Assembly (NCBI GenBank): GCA_039985655.1
Contig: JBDWSF010000002.1
Coordinates: 54,047 to 118,046, forward strand
DNA: 64,000 nt
Direction of reading: 5' to 3'
Source: Algibacter sp.
Lineage (GTDB): Bacteria; Bacteroidota; Bacteroidia; Flavobacteriales; Flavobacteriaceae
Shown: piece after piece, positions 19,493 through 28,404 of the stretch
Layout of the letters: the number at the start of each line of letters is the position of its first letter
Numbering within the stretch: the first letter of the stretch is position 1
The notes under the pieces: model-generated
What the model was told of the DNA's origin: nothing
Database searches by the model: none
The model's input: only the letters and a program-made list of their open reading frames with translations
Made by a program: the position numbers and the translations under genes

Positions 19493-20152
19493 ATGAAAAA
19501 ACACATTGCAACAATTTTCACTTTAGCGGCCTTAACACTAGTAACTGTTAGCTGTAAAGACAAAGCTAAAGAAGCCAATACGACAGAAGCTAAAGACCCC
19601 GTAGTTACACAAGCCACTTCGCAAAAATATATTGCCGATGCTACTGCATCTACAGTAGAATGGAAAGGTTACAAACCTACAGGATCTCATAACGGAACTA
19701 TAAATATTGAAAATGGCGTGTTTTCTGTTAATGGGGATAAAATAGAAAGTGGTTCTTTTTTAATAAATATGAATTCGATTGTTGTCGTTGATATTCCTTT
19801 AGAAGAAAAAGGTAACGGGAAACTTCTTGGGCATTTAAAGGGTCCTGATTTTTTTGATGTTGAAGCCCATGCAAATGCTGCTTTCGAAATTACAGGTTCT
19901 ACTGAAGTTGAAGGCAAAACGATGCTTTCTGGAAACTTATCTATAAAAGGTATTAAACAAAATATTACATTTCCTGTAACTGTAAGTAATCGTGTTGGTA
20001 ATGGTTTAACTATTTCTAGTGAAACCTTTACTATTGACAGAACAAAATGGGATATTAAATATAAATCTAAATCCGTTTTTGGAGATATAGGTGATAAATT
20101 TATTAATGATGATATTGAATTGAAATTTGTAGTGAAGGCTTCGAAGTCTTAA
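19493..20152 (+). CDS. YceI-family lipoprotein
   Basis: 219 aa. It has a lipoprotein signal (LVTVSC) and YceI-like blocks (VEWKGYKPTGSHNG, HLKGPDFFDV). Confidence 0.85.
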   Translation: MKKHIATIFTLAALTLVTVSCKDKAKEANTTEAKDPVVTQATSQKYIADATASTVEWKGYKPTGSHNGTINIENGVFSVNGDKIESGSFLINMNSIVVVDIPLEEKGNGKLLGHLKGPDFFDVEAHANAAFEITGSTEVEGKTMLSGNLSIKGIKQNITFPVTVSNRVGNGLTISSETFTIDRTKWDIKYKSKSVFGDIGDKFINDDIELKFVVKASKS

Positions 20153-20177
20153 TTATAAACACATACTTTTTTTATAA

Positions 20178-20207
20178 AACCACTTTGTGTATGCAAAGTG
20201 GTTTTTT
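20178..20207 (+). terminator. intrinsic terminator after the yceI-like gene
   Basis: AACCACTTTG-loop-CAAAGTGGTT followed by TTTT. Confidence 0.8.
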
Positions 20208-20298
20208 GTTGCACTAAAATAATATTTAGGAGTAAAAAACATATACTTTAATGTAAGAATGAAGATCTTTAATTTAAACTGTAGCGTAAAAACAAAAG

Positions 20299-20370
20299 CT
20301 TGACTTTGTAAAAATTTTCAGCTACCTTCGTTTAACGTCGGATATAAAACATTGAAACGATTTTATATCC
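20299..20370 (+). promoter_or_regulatory. 72-nt repeat, copy A: Bacteroidota-type promoter (TTG ... TACCTTCG) plus a leader hairpin
   Basis: Copy A matches 55687-55758 at 66 of 72 positions. It has TTG at 20300-20302, a TAnnTTTG-like box at 20323-20330 and the hairpin GGATATAAAA/TTTTATATCC at 20340-20370. It lies directly upstream of the ORF starting at 20396. Confidence 0.55.
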
Positions 20371-20395
20371 TAAATAGGTTAGGCGTTATTGAAGA

Positions 20396-22033
20396 ATGAA
20401 AAGCAATATTGATAGAAGAAATGAGATATTCAAAGATGTCATCCCAAGTAAAGGAGATGTTAACTATGAGCGTCTTATGTCTTCACACGAAAAGAGAATG
20501 CAAAGGCAAAGCCCCGCTGAAAAGAAATTTTTTAAGGATTGTTTAAAAAAAGCGGTTAATTCATTAGAAGCCCAATACTTATCTCATAGTGGTTTTATTA
20601 CAGAAACAACTCTTCGTCATTTTTTAATGGAATACAATAATAGAGCCAGGGAACACGGATTACGTTCAATGCCGTTATTATTTAATATTCTTGAATCCTT
20701 TTTCATATATCGTAAGCCACATATTTATTTTGAACTTATTGAAGAAGAAAATTATTTAATCTCATTCTTTGACTTTTTAGATTTTATAACTTCTAAAACT
20801 TTTGAAAATGATAAGAACTTAATTCTCGACAACCTTGTACCTGACATTGTTTATAATTTTAATATAGGAGTTGATTTAAAAGAAATTTCTTTTAAATCAG
20901 ATAATAATGCCGAATTTATCATTTCAGGGGTTTCAATTATAAGAAGGGAAAATGAAGTAACGGTTCTATTAATTACTGGATGTAATGAGTTTAAAACAAT
21001 TGAAATTACTGATTTAAAATTAGAAACAACCAATCCTGATAAAGCAGATTTACTAAATAAGTATAAAAAAGATGTAAAGGGGAAAGAGCAAAAGCCTCTT
21101 TTTATTGATGACAATAAAAATTATAGTAAAGTAATTGTTGCTTGTAGAATTGATTTAGAAAATGATTCTATTGACGCTCGGTATGTAGCGGAAGAATACG
21201 AAAACTTCTTTCAAATAAACACGGATGAGAGCGATGCATTTACAAATCAAAAAGGAGAATATACATCTGATAGTTATAAAGAATTGCACGAAAATGGAAT
21301 TAAACGTGTAGAATTATTTAATGCTATTTTTGAAGTAGCAAAGTCAGCATTATACCTTCCTTATTACCTAAATGAAAATGAAGAAAATTTAATAGAAGAA
21401 TCTCACGAAACAGAGTTTAGCAAAACAAAATCTAGTCCACTTAAAAGAAGAAAGTTTAAAGACACTTTTGGTTATAAAACTTCAAACAAACCCTTATACG
21501 TTATTAATTCAAATAATAAATTCTCACCAGATGTGATTAAATTAAGAGATGATTTGTTTAGAATTGAAACAAGTGGTCATTGGAAAAACTTAAGTATTGA
21601 TGAAGTAGGGTTAGATAAAAAAGGAAATTCAATACACGGAAAAACTTGGGTAAACCAAAAACTAAGTTGGTTTGAATCGAATACTAATGAGTTAATTGTA
21701 GAAAAAAATAAAAATCAATTTACAGGTAAAGATTCCGGATTTATATACATAATAAGGAATCCAACAATGGGTGCAAATATTTTTAAAATAGGTTTAACAA
21801 GAAATGAAGTTGAAGAAAGAATCAAACAACTTTCAAAGACAAGTGTACCTGATAAATTTTATAAAGCACAAGAATGGAATGTGAAAAATTGTGTCACGGC
21901 TGAAAAAGAAATTCACAACTTATTAGAAAAGTTTAGAATTGACCCAAGAAGGGAGTTTTTTGAGATTAATTATGAAGTTGCTGTTGAAACAATCACAAAA
22001 GTTTGTAATGAAATAAATAAAAACAATGCCTAA
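20396..22033 (+). CDS. hypothetical 545-aa protein with a C-terminal T5orf172 (MUG113, GIY-YIG-like) domain
   Basis: The last ~95 aa (GFIYIIRNPTMGANIFKIGLTRNEVEERIKQLSKTSVP...AEKEIHNLLEKFRI..REFFEI) fit the T5orf172 pattern G-x-[IV]-Y-[IV] ... KIG-x-T ... R ... L ... E ... H ... E-[FW]-F. I could not recognise the N-terminal ~440 aa. The gene looks more AT-rich than its neighbours. Confidence 0.7.
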   Translation: MKSNIDRRNEIFKDVIPSKGDVNYERLMSSHEKRMQRQSPAEKKFFKDCLKKAVNSLEAQYLSHSGFITETTLRHFLMEYNNRAREHGLRSMPLLFNILESFFIYRKPHIYFELIEEENYLISFFDFLDFITSKTFENDKNLILDNLVPDIVYNFNIGVDLKEISFKSDNNAEFIISGVSIIRRENEVTVLLITGCNEFKTIEITDLKLETTNPDKADLLNKYKKDVKGKEQKPLFIDDNKNYSKVIVACRIDLENDSIDARYVAEEYENFFQINTDESDAFTNQKGEYTSDSYKELHENGIKRVELFNAIFEVAKSALYLPYYLNENEENLIEESHETEFSKTKSSPLKRRKFKDTFGYKTSNKPLYVINSNNKFSPDVIKLRDDLFRIETSGHWKNLSIDEVGLDKKGNSIHGKTWVNQKLSWFESNTNELIVEKNKNQFTGKDSGFIYIIRNPTMGANIFKIGLTRNEVEERIKQLSKTSVPDKFYKAQEWNVKNCVTAEKEIHNLLEKFRIDPRREFFEINYEVAVETITKVCNEINKNNA

Positions 22034-22284
22034 CAATGGTGATCGTTACACAACCCAGAAATTTTAAAAATCGTGTGCTTTTAACTTTTATAAATTTATA
22101 AATCACTGATTATCAATGTTAATTATTTTAAAAAATTTATGGAGATAGTATAATTAACTTAAAAATTCAGTTGAACAACAGCCACAATGGCTATAACTAA
22201 TACGGATTTTGGTGCTTAACCGAAAGGACAGTTCCTTTTAATCCCGCACTAACCATAGCCTAGACGTTAAACGAATCTCCCAAA

Positions 22285-23190
22285 TCACCCCAACAAATCC
22301 TCCAAAGCAGGTTTTAAATGATGATATTCAAACACAAAACCTTTATCCTCAATTTTTTTCGAGCTTACTCGCTGACTATCAAATAACAATGCGTGCATAT
22401 CTCCTAAAATGATTTTCATTATGAATTTTGGAGTGTTAGGGAGTATCAAAGGCCTGCTCAATACTTTAGCGATTGTTTTTGTTAATTGTTTGTTCGTTTC
22501 GGGGTTTGGAGACACACCATTATAAACACCATATAATTCATGCTTTAATATAAACAGAAACATATGACTTAAATCGCTAATATGAATCCACGATTGCCAA
22601 TGTTTCCCATTACCAAAAGTTGCACCAGCACCAAATTTAATCGGCTTCATCATTTCGAGTAAAGCACCGCCTTTATTCGATAACACTAAACCTGTTCTAA
22701 TTTTAGAAACCTTAATATTTAATTTAGAGAAACCATCGACCGAGGCTTCCCATTTTTTAACAACATCACCTAAAAAAGAATTGTTTTCGCCTTTAAAAGA
22801 TTCCTCATAATAATTAATTAACGAATCTGGATAAATACCAATAGCACTTCCAGAAATGACATGCTTTATAGTATGCGATTTGTCTTTTAATGCATGTATT
22901 AAAAGCTGCGTACTATCTATTCTACTCGATATAATCTCTTTTTTATAACTGGTCGTCCAACGCTTAGAAATACTTGCTCCTGCTAAATGAATAATCGCAT
23001 CAACATTATCAAAACACGCAGCATCAATTTCTTTTAATTTCGGATTCCAATAAAAGCCTTTATAGTTTTCTAACTGTTCAATTTTTGACTTCCGAGTTGT
23101 TAAATAGCTTACATCAATATTTTGAAGATGATATGCTTTTACAATCTCTTTACCAATAAGTCCCGTAGCTCCAGTAATTAAAACGCGCAT
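22285..23190 (-). CDS. TIGR01777/YfcH-family NAD-dependent epimerase-like oxidoreductase
   Basis: 301 aa. It has the MRVLITGATGLIG Rossmann start and a C-terminal DUF1731-like tail (RVSSKKIEDKGFVFEY). Confidence 0.8.
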   Translation of the reverse strand: MRVLITGATGLIGKEIVKAYHLQNIDVSYLTTRKSKIEQLENYKGFYWNPKLKEIDAACFDNVDAIIHLAGASISKRWTTSYKKEIISSRIDSTQLLIHALKDKSHTIKHVISGSAIGIYPDSLINYYEESFKGENNSFLGDVVKKWEASVDGFSKLNIKVSKIRTGLVLSNKGGALLEMMKPIKFGAGATFGNGKHWQSWIHISDLSHMFLFILKHELYGVYNGVSPNPETNKQLTKTIAKVLSRPLILPNTPKFIMKIILGDMHALLFDSQRVSSKKIEDKGFVFEYHHLKPALEDLLG

Positions 23191-23259
23191 TTTTTATTTA
23201 AAGTTACAAAACGAAATAGCAATACGCTATAGGTTTATATTAGGTTTAACAAATTGAGT

Positions 23260-23280
23260 CTCTTGCCTCTTGCCTCTTGC
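23260..23280. repeat. perfect tandem heptamer (CTCTTGC) x3
   Basis: Read directly: CTCTTGC at 23260-23266, 23267-23273 and 23274-23280. Confidence 0.9.
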
Positions 23281-23332
23281 GAAAAAACAAAAAAATAGAT
23301 ACGTGAATTAAAAAACACCTTATAATTATAAA

Positions 23333-24016
23333 CTACTTATTCTTTGTAGCGCGAAGCATTTCTCTTTTCCCTGGAGGTCCAGGCAATCGTTCCACAATAA
23401 AACCAACAGCTTGCATGGCCCTACGGACACTACCTTTTGCGGAATAGGTTACTAAAACACCATCTGTTTGCAAAGCATCATACATTTTTTGAAATATAGA
23501 TTCTGTCCACAATTCAGGTTGCACTCTGGCTCCAAAAGCATCAAAGTAAATGAGGTTGTATTCGTTTACGTCTTTAATATTAGAAAAAAACAAATTCTTT
23601 TTAGTTAAAGAGAAATGGTCTGTTACAGCATGTTTTTCTTCCCAAGTTACTTCGTGTAATGTATTAAAAAGAGTTGTTTTGTTTTCAGTCTTTAATTCCG
23701 AAGTATAATTGAGTTGACTTATTTCATCTGGAGCAACTGGATAGCCTTCAACTCCGACATAATCTATATTTAGATTTAACTTTTCTGTTTCTAAAAGCGT
23801 TATAAACGCATTTAAACCTGTGCCAAAACCTATTTCTAAGATGGATATATTAGATGCTTTATGATGTTCTGAATGGCGTATATGATGCAATCCACTTTGA
23901 ATAAACACATGATAGGCTTCTTGAATAGCACCATGTTTAGAATGATATTGCTCGTCCCACTCGGGTAAATGTATGGTAGACGATCCGTCTCCTGTTATAA
24001 CAACTTCTCTAATCAA
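23333..24016 (-). CDS. mnmD: tRNA (mnm5s2U34) methyltransferase MnmD-like (DUF752 SAM-dependent methyltransferase)
   Basis: 227 aa. It has ILEIGFGTGLNAF (SAM motif I) and DAFGARVQPELW (characteristic of the MnmC methyltransferase domain). The apparent start codon is TTG. Confidence 0.7.
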   Translation of the reverse strand: MIREVVITGDGSSTIHLPEWDEQYHSKHGAIQEAYHVFIQSGLHHIRHSEHHKASNISILEIGFGTGLNAFITLLETEKLNLNIDYVGVEGYPVAPDEISQLNYTSELKTENKTTLFNTLHEVTWEEKHAVTDHFSLTKKNLFFSNIKDVNEYNLIYFDAFGARVQPELWTESIFQKMYDALQTDGVLVTYSAKGSVRRAMQAVGFIVERLPGPPGKREMLRATKNK

Positions 24017-24101
24017 AATATTTTTTTAAGCGATTTGTGTAAATATAGCATTTTTTAAAATCGATTTTACTTAAATTTGTTGCATATAAGAATCAAATAT
24101 T

Positions 24102-25166
24102 ATGAGTACAATACAGAACGATATTGAAATAACAAAAACCGAAACTTCGAGATTAAAAGATATAGATTTCGATAATTTAAAATTTGGTAGTGTCTTTTCA
24201 GATCATATGTTAGAATGTGATTATAAAGATGGTAAATGGCACACGCCTAAGGTAGTCCCTTACCAACCTATTACATTAGATCCTTCTGCTAAAATATTTC
24301 ATTACGGACAATCTGTTTTTGAAGGTATGAAGGCTTATAAAGACGCTAATGAAGATGTCTTTTTATTTAGACCATTAGATAACTTTAAACGTTTAAATAT
24401 TTCATCTAAACGTTTATCTATTCCTGAATTACCTGAAGGTTATTTTATGGGTGGATTAAAAACCTTATTAGGAGTCGATAACGATTGGATTCCTAAAAAT
24501 GAAGGCAGTTCGTTATATATTCGTCCGTTTGTTTTTGCTTCTGGACAAGGTTTTCATGCCTCGCCTGCCGATGCTTATAAATTTATAATTTGTACGGCGC
24601 CTTCTGGAGCCTATTTCTCTGGAAAAGTGAAAGTTTTAATTGAAGAGACTTACTCACGTTCTGCAAATGGCGGTGTAGGTTATGCTAAAGCTGGTGGAAA
24701 CTATGCAGGTCAATTTTACCCAACTCAACTGGCAATAGAAAAAGGATATCAACAAGTTATTTGGACCGACGATAATACGCATGAGTATATTGAAGAAGCT
24801 GGTGCCATGAATATTTTTGTTAGAATTAACGATACGTTAATTACTGGACCAACTAGCGATAGAATTTTAGATGGTATTACTAGAAAAAGTATTATTGCTA
24901 TTGCCGAAGAAAAAGGGATTCCTGTTGAAGTTAGAAAAATAACGGTAAAAGAAGTTGTTGAAGCTGCAAAAAACGGATCATTAAAAGAAATGTTTGGAGC
25001 AGGAACTGCTGCTGTAATTTCGCCAATTGCTGGTTTTGGATTTAAAAATGAAGATTTTGATTTACCTGAATTGGACGATACATATGCGAGTTACTTAAAG
25101 AAACGTATTACTGATATTCAAACTAATAAATCTGAAGATCCTTTTGGATGGCGATATAAGCTTTAA
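24102..25166 (+). CDS. ilvE: branched-chain amino acid aminotransferase
   Basis: 354 aa of class IV aminotransferase type. It has the blocks FEGMKAY, YIRP, GGNYA and the EEAGAMNIF region. Confidence 0.92.
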   Translation: MSTIQNDIEITKTETSRLKDIDFDNLKFGSVFSDHMLECDYKDGKWHTPKVVPYQPITLDPSAKIFHYGQSVFEGMKAYKDANEDVFLFRPLDNFKRLNISSKRLSIPELPEGYFMGGLKTLLGVDNDWIPKNEGSSLYIRPFVFASGQGFHASPADAYKFIICTAPSGAYFSGKVKVLIEETYSRSANGGVGYAKAGGNYAGQFYPTQLAIEKGYQQVIWTDDNTHEYIEEAGAMNIFVRINDTLITGPTSDRILDGITRKSIIAIAEEKGIPVEVRKITVKEVVEAAKNGSLKEMFGAGTAAVISPIAGFGFKNEDFDLPELDDTYASYLKKRITDIQTNKSEDPFGWRYKL

Positions 25167-25206
25167 TCGCTTTTATTCAAGGACATAAAATAACAAGTAC
25201 AAAAAA

Positions 25207-25338
25207 GAGGCTGTCTAAAAAGTCTAATTTTTGAGTTTGTCAGGTTGAGCTTGTCGAAACCTATTTATTGATTATCAGTAAATTGATATATTTCGACAAG
25301 CTCAATATGATTATTCATTTTACTTTTTAGACAGTCCC
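25207..25338. repeat. nested palindromic intergenic element (bidirectional terminator-like)
   Basis: The outer arms CTGTCTAAAAAGT (25211-25223) and ACTTTTTAGACAG (25322-25334) are perfect at 13 bp. The inner arms TTGAGCTTGTCGAAA (25245-25259) and TTTCGACAAGCTCAA (25291-25305) are perfect at 15 bp. The element is flanked by an A-run and a T-run and lies between convergent genes. Confidence 0.85.
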
Positions 25339-25393
25339 TTTTTTGTTTCAAAATTATGTAATTCTGAAATACCTTTTGAATGACGAGTATCTA

Positions 25394-25780
25394 TTATTTA
25401 TCTAAAATAGATTGAATATTGGGCTTAAAATAACTAGGTCCTTTTAATACTTTACCGTCTTCTCTGTAAATAGGCTGTCCGTCTTCACCTAATTTACTCA
25501 TATTACTACGTTGTATTTCTTCAAACACTTCTTCTATTTTGTGTTGCATACCGTGCTCAATAATAGTGCCGCATAAAATATAAAGCATATCGCCTAAAGC
25601 ATCAGCAACCTCAACTAAATCGTTGTTATTAGCAGCTTCAAGATACTCTTCGTTCTCTTCGTTCATTAAATTGAAACGCAATGTATTTTTATCAACGCCT
25701 AAATCAGCCTTTGGAGATTCTCTATGCCCAATTTTAAATGCGGTATGAAATGCTTTTACGGCTTCTATTTTGTTTTTCAT
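25394..25780 (-). CDS. MazG-like nucleoside triphosphate pyrophosphohydrolase family protein
   Basis: 128 aa and all-alpha. It has the acidic metal-binding pattern NEENEEYLEA ... EVADALGDMLY. Confidence 0.65.
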   Translation of the reverse strand: MKNKIEAVKAFHTAFKIGHRESPKADLGVDKNTLRFNLMNEENEEYLEAANNNDLVEVADALGDMLYILCGTIIEHGMQHKIEEVFEEIQRSNMSKLGEDGQPIYREDGKVLKGPSYFKPNIQSILDK

Positions 25781-25853
25781 AAATAAATATATTTATTATT
25801 TCCACTAGAGGTGGAAGTCTAAGTTTTCATTAAATTTGCATAAAAATAACCAT

Positions 25854-26036
25854 ATGTTTAGTAAAGGTCAAATGATTTTCGGAGTTTTATTTTTTATTGT
25901 CTTTGCAATAATTATAGGCTTTATGTACAGAAAAGATTTAAAACTTCACAAACGCTTTTATTCTGGTAGCATATGGGTGCTTTTAGCTTTTATTGGTTTT
26001 ATTCTTTTTATTGTAGGCATTAAGTTTTTTCTTTAA
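25854..26036 (+). CDS. small hypothetical membrane protein (two TM helices)
   Basis: 60 aa from the first ATG (the listed start is a TTG). It has two hydrophobic stretches and no recognisable similarity. Confidence 0.35.
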   Translation: MFSKGQMIFGVLFFIVFAIIIGFMYRKDLKLHKRFYSGSIWVLLAFIGFILFIVGIKFFL

Positions 26037-26196
26037 GTAATTCCTTACTTCGCTTTTTTTTGCTTTTTATCTAGTTTTTAGGTTGTTATATATTATGTTT
26101 TTCTAATTTGAGTGAGAAATATACCTAGTATTAGGTATGTTTTTGTAGCCTTATTTTTTTGAGGTTTACAACTATAAAAATCAAAAATTAATAAAT

Positions 26197-26634
26197 ATGT
26201 CTGAAAAAACAAAGAAAGATTTTAATGCCGAAATACTTGATATTGGCAATACAAAAAGGGAATATACTTTTATAAACACGGTAGACACATTAATTACTGT
26301 AGCGTTTACAAAATGGAAAAAAGATACTATAAAAGAAGCCAAATTTATGGTTTATAGGTCTAAAGACCTCAGGTTATTATACCGAGCTACAAAATGTGAT
26401 GAATCAGATAATGGTAACGAAAACAAGTTAGTACTTCATACTTTGTATGTAAATCAAAATCAACCAATAGAACCAATTAGTAAAAAATTAAAAATAAAAA
26501 ATTTAACTGTCCCAGCAACGGATTCTATTAATTTTTATCATATTGAATATGAAATTGGCGAGGTTTACAAAGCCCCTGGTCGTTGCGATGAGAAGCCTGA
26601 TACACATCGCGGTGGAGCTGTAATGAAGCCATAA
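26197..26634 (+). CDS. hypothetical protein (145 aa), directly abutting the downstream histidine kinase
   Basis: It is an intact ORF with an ATG start, and its stop is immediately followed by the kinase GTG start. I recognised no motifs and no signal peptide. Confidence 0.5.
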   Translation: MSEKTKKDFNAEILDIGNTKREYTFINTVDTLITVAFTKWKKDTIKEAKFMVYRSKDLRLLYRATKCDESDNGNENKLVLHTLYVNQNQPIEPISKKLKIKNLTVPATDSINFYHIEYEIGEVYKAPGRCDEKPDTHRGGAVMKP

Positions 26635-28404
26635 GTGACATTAATAAACTTAAAATTAATAATACAAATACCAGCTATATTTTTTATAGCTGGTATTTGT
26701 ATTGCTCAAGAAACGTCTATTGACAAAATTAAATATGCTGTAAAATTAAAAAAATGGCATATAGTTGATTCACTTAGTAAAAATATCAATTCAAAAACAC
26801 TTAATGAAGATGATAACGCTAAGCTTTTATTTTTTTTAGGGGAAGCAAATTTTAAAACAGGGAACTTCGATAACGCTTTTAATAAACTTGAAAAAGCAAG
26901 AGTTTATTATATTAAAATAAATAACAAAAGGCTTCAGGCGAGGACAGAAAACATAATGATAGAATGCATTGGTAATTTAAATGATGCTTTAGTAAACGCT
27001 GATAACCTTATTGTATCATTTTGCAAACTCTCTTACGAGTTAAATGACTATTTGCTAATATGCGACTGTCATTACCATAAAGCCAATCAGGCACTTGATA
27101 GGTTTAATAATTCCGAAGGTATTTTTCATTTTAAGAAAATAAGCAAATTAGCATTAAAAAATAAGGATTCAATAAAATATTATAACAATCAGTTAAACAT
27201 AGGAACACTATTAGGTTATTACGAAAAGAATCCCAAAGCATCAATACAAATTTATAATGAGGTTATTCCCTATTTCAAAGAAAGAAAAGATTATGACCGA
27301 GAATTTTTAGCTAAATACAATCTATCCATTCAACATAAAGAAACTGAGAATTACAAAGCCGCTATAAACACTCTAATTAGTGCAGATTCTATCCCTATAA
27401 CAGAGCAGATTTTAGAAAACAAAAAAATACTTTATAAAGCCTTATCAGAATACTATGAAAAAATTGTAGACTATAAAAAGAGTCATTTATACCTTCAAAA
27501 GAGCAATCAAATAAAAGATAGTATTGACTCTAATACTAAAATCAAAGAAATATCAGAAATTCAAACAAAGTATCAAACCGCCGAAAAAGAAAAACAACTT
27601 TTAATTGAAAAACAAAAACGAAAACAAAATTTCAACTTATTAATTGGTGCACTAGTAATCATCCTCTTTGGAGGAATTACTGCTTTTCTCCTCCAAAAAA
27701 ACACAAGAAAGAAACAAAAACTTGCCGAACAAGAAAAAGCTTTAGAAACCCAAAAACTAGCTACGATTTTAAAAGAGCAAGAACTAGTGAGTATTGATGC
27801 TATGATTGAAGGCCAAGAAAAAGAACGTCAACGTATTGCTAACGATTTACATGACGATTTAGGCGGACTTATGGCTACAGTGAAACTTCATTTTAATGTA
27901 TTAAAAGATAAACAAACACCAGAATTATTTGATAAAACAAATAGCTTACTAGACGAAGCTTATAATAAAATACGCGGCATTGCACATGCTAAAAACTCTG
28001 GTGTTATTGCCAAACAAGGCTTATTAATTGCGGTACAAAATATGGCTGATAAAATTTCGGTTGCCAACAAAATAAAAGTACATGTCATTGATCATGGTTT
28101 AGAAAACCGATTAGAAAACAGTTTAGAACTTACGCTTTTTAGAATTATTCAAGAATTAATAGCCAATGTTATTAAACATGCCGAAGCGACAGAAACGACT
28201 ATACATTTAACAAATCATAAAGAAACTTTAAACCTTATGATAGAAGATAATGGTAAAGGCTTTAATCCAAAACAAATTACTACTAAAACTAGTGGTATGG
28301 GCATTCACAGTATAGATAAACGTGTAGAACACCTAAATGGCTCTATGACTATAGAATCTGAAATAAACAAAGGAACTTCTGTTATAATAGACATCCCAAT
28401 ATGA
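26635..28404 (+). CDS. sensor histidine kinase (TPR-like N-terminal region, one TM helix, HisKA_3 + HATPase_c)
   Basis: It has the H-box ERQRIANDLHDDLGG, an N-box (LIANVIKHA) and G-boxes (EDNGKGF, GMGIHS). The start codon is GTG. Confidence 0.85.
   Translation: MTLINLKLIIQIPAIFFIAGICIAQETSIDKIKYAVKLKKWHIVDSLSKNINSKTLNEDDNAKLLFFLGEANFKTGNFDNAFNKLEKARVYYIKINNKRLQARTENIMIECIGNLNDALVNADNLIVSFCKLSYELNDYLLICDCHYHKANQALDRFNNSEGIFHFKKISKLALKNKDSIKYYNNQLNIGTLLGYYEKNPKASIQIYNEVIPYFKERKDYDREFLAKYNLSIQHKETENYKAAINTLISADSIPITEQILENKKILYKALSEYYEKIVDYKKSHLYLQKSNQIKDSIDSNTKIKEISEIQTKYQTAEKEKQLLIEKQKRKQNFNLLIGALVIILFGGITAFLLQKNTRKKQKLAEQEKALETQKLATILKEQELVSIDAMIEGQEKERQRIANDLHDDLGGLMATVKLHFNVLKDKQTPELFDKTNSLLDEAYNKIRGIAHAKNSGVIAKQGLLIAVQNMADKISVANKIKVHVIDHGLENRLENSLELTLFRIIQELIANVIKHAEATETTIHLTNHKETLNLMIEDNGKGFNPKQITTKTSGMGIHSIDKRVEHLNGSMTIESEINKGTSVIIDIPI

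Noticed and set aside
22028-22284. A full integron attC site downstream of the T5orf172 gene, starting at GCCTAAC (22028).
   Set aside because: I could not find a complementary GTTAGGC-type partner at a plausible distance. GTTGAAC (22170) and GTTAAAC (22266) match only partly, and the second is too far away. There is no convincing imperfect palindrome between them and no integrase in the window. I kept this only as a low-interest note that needs a covariance-model test.
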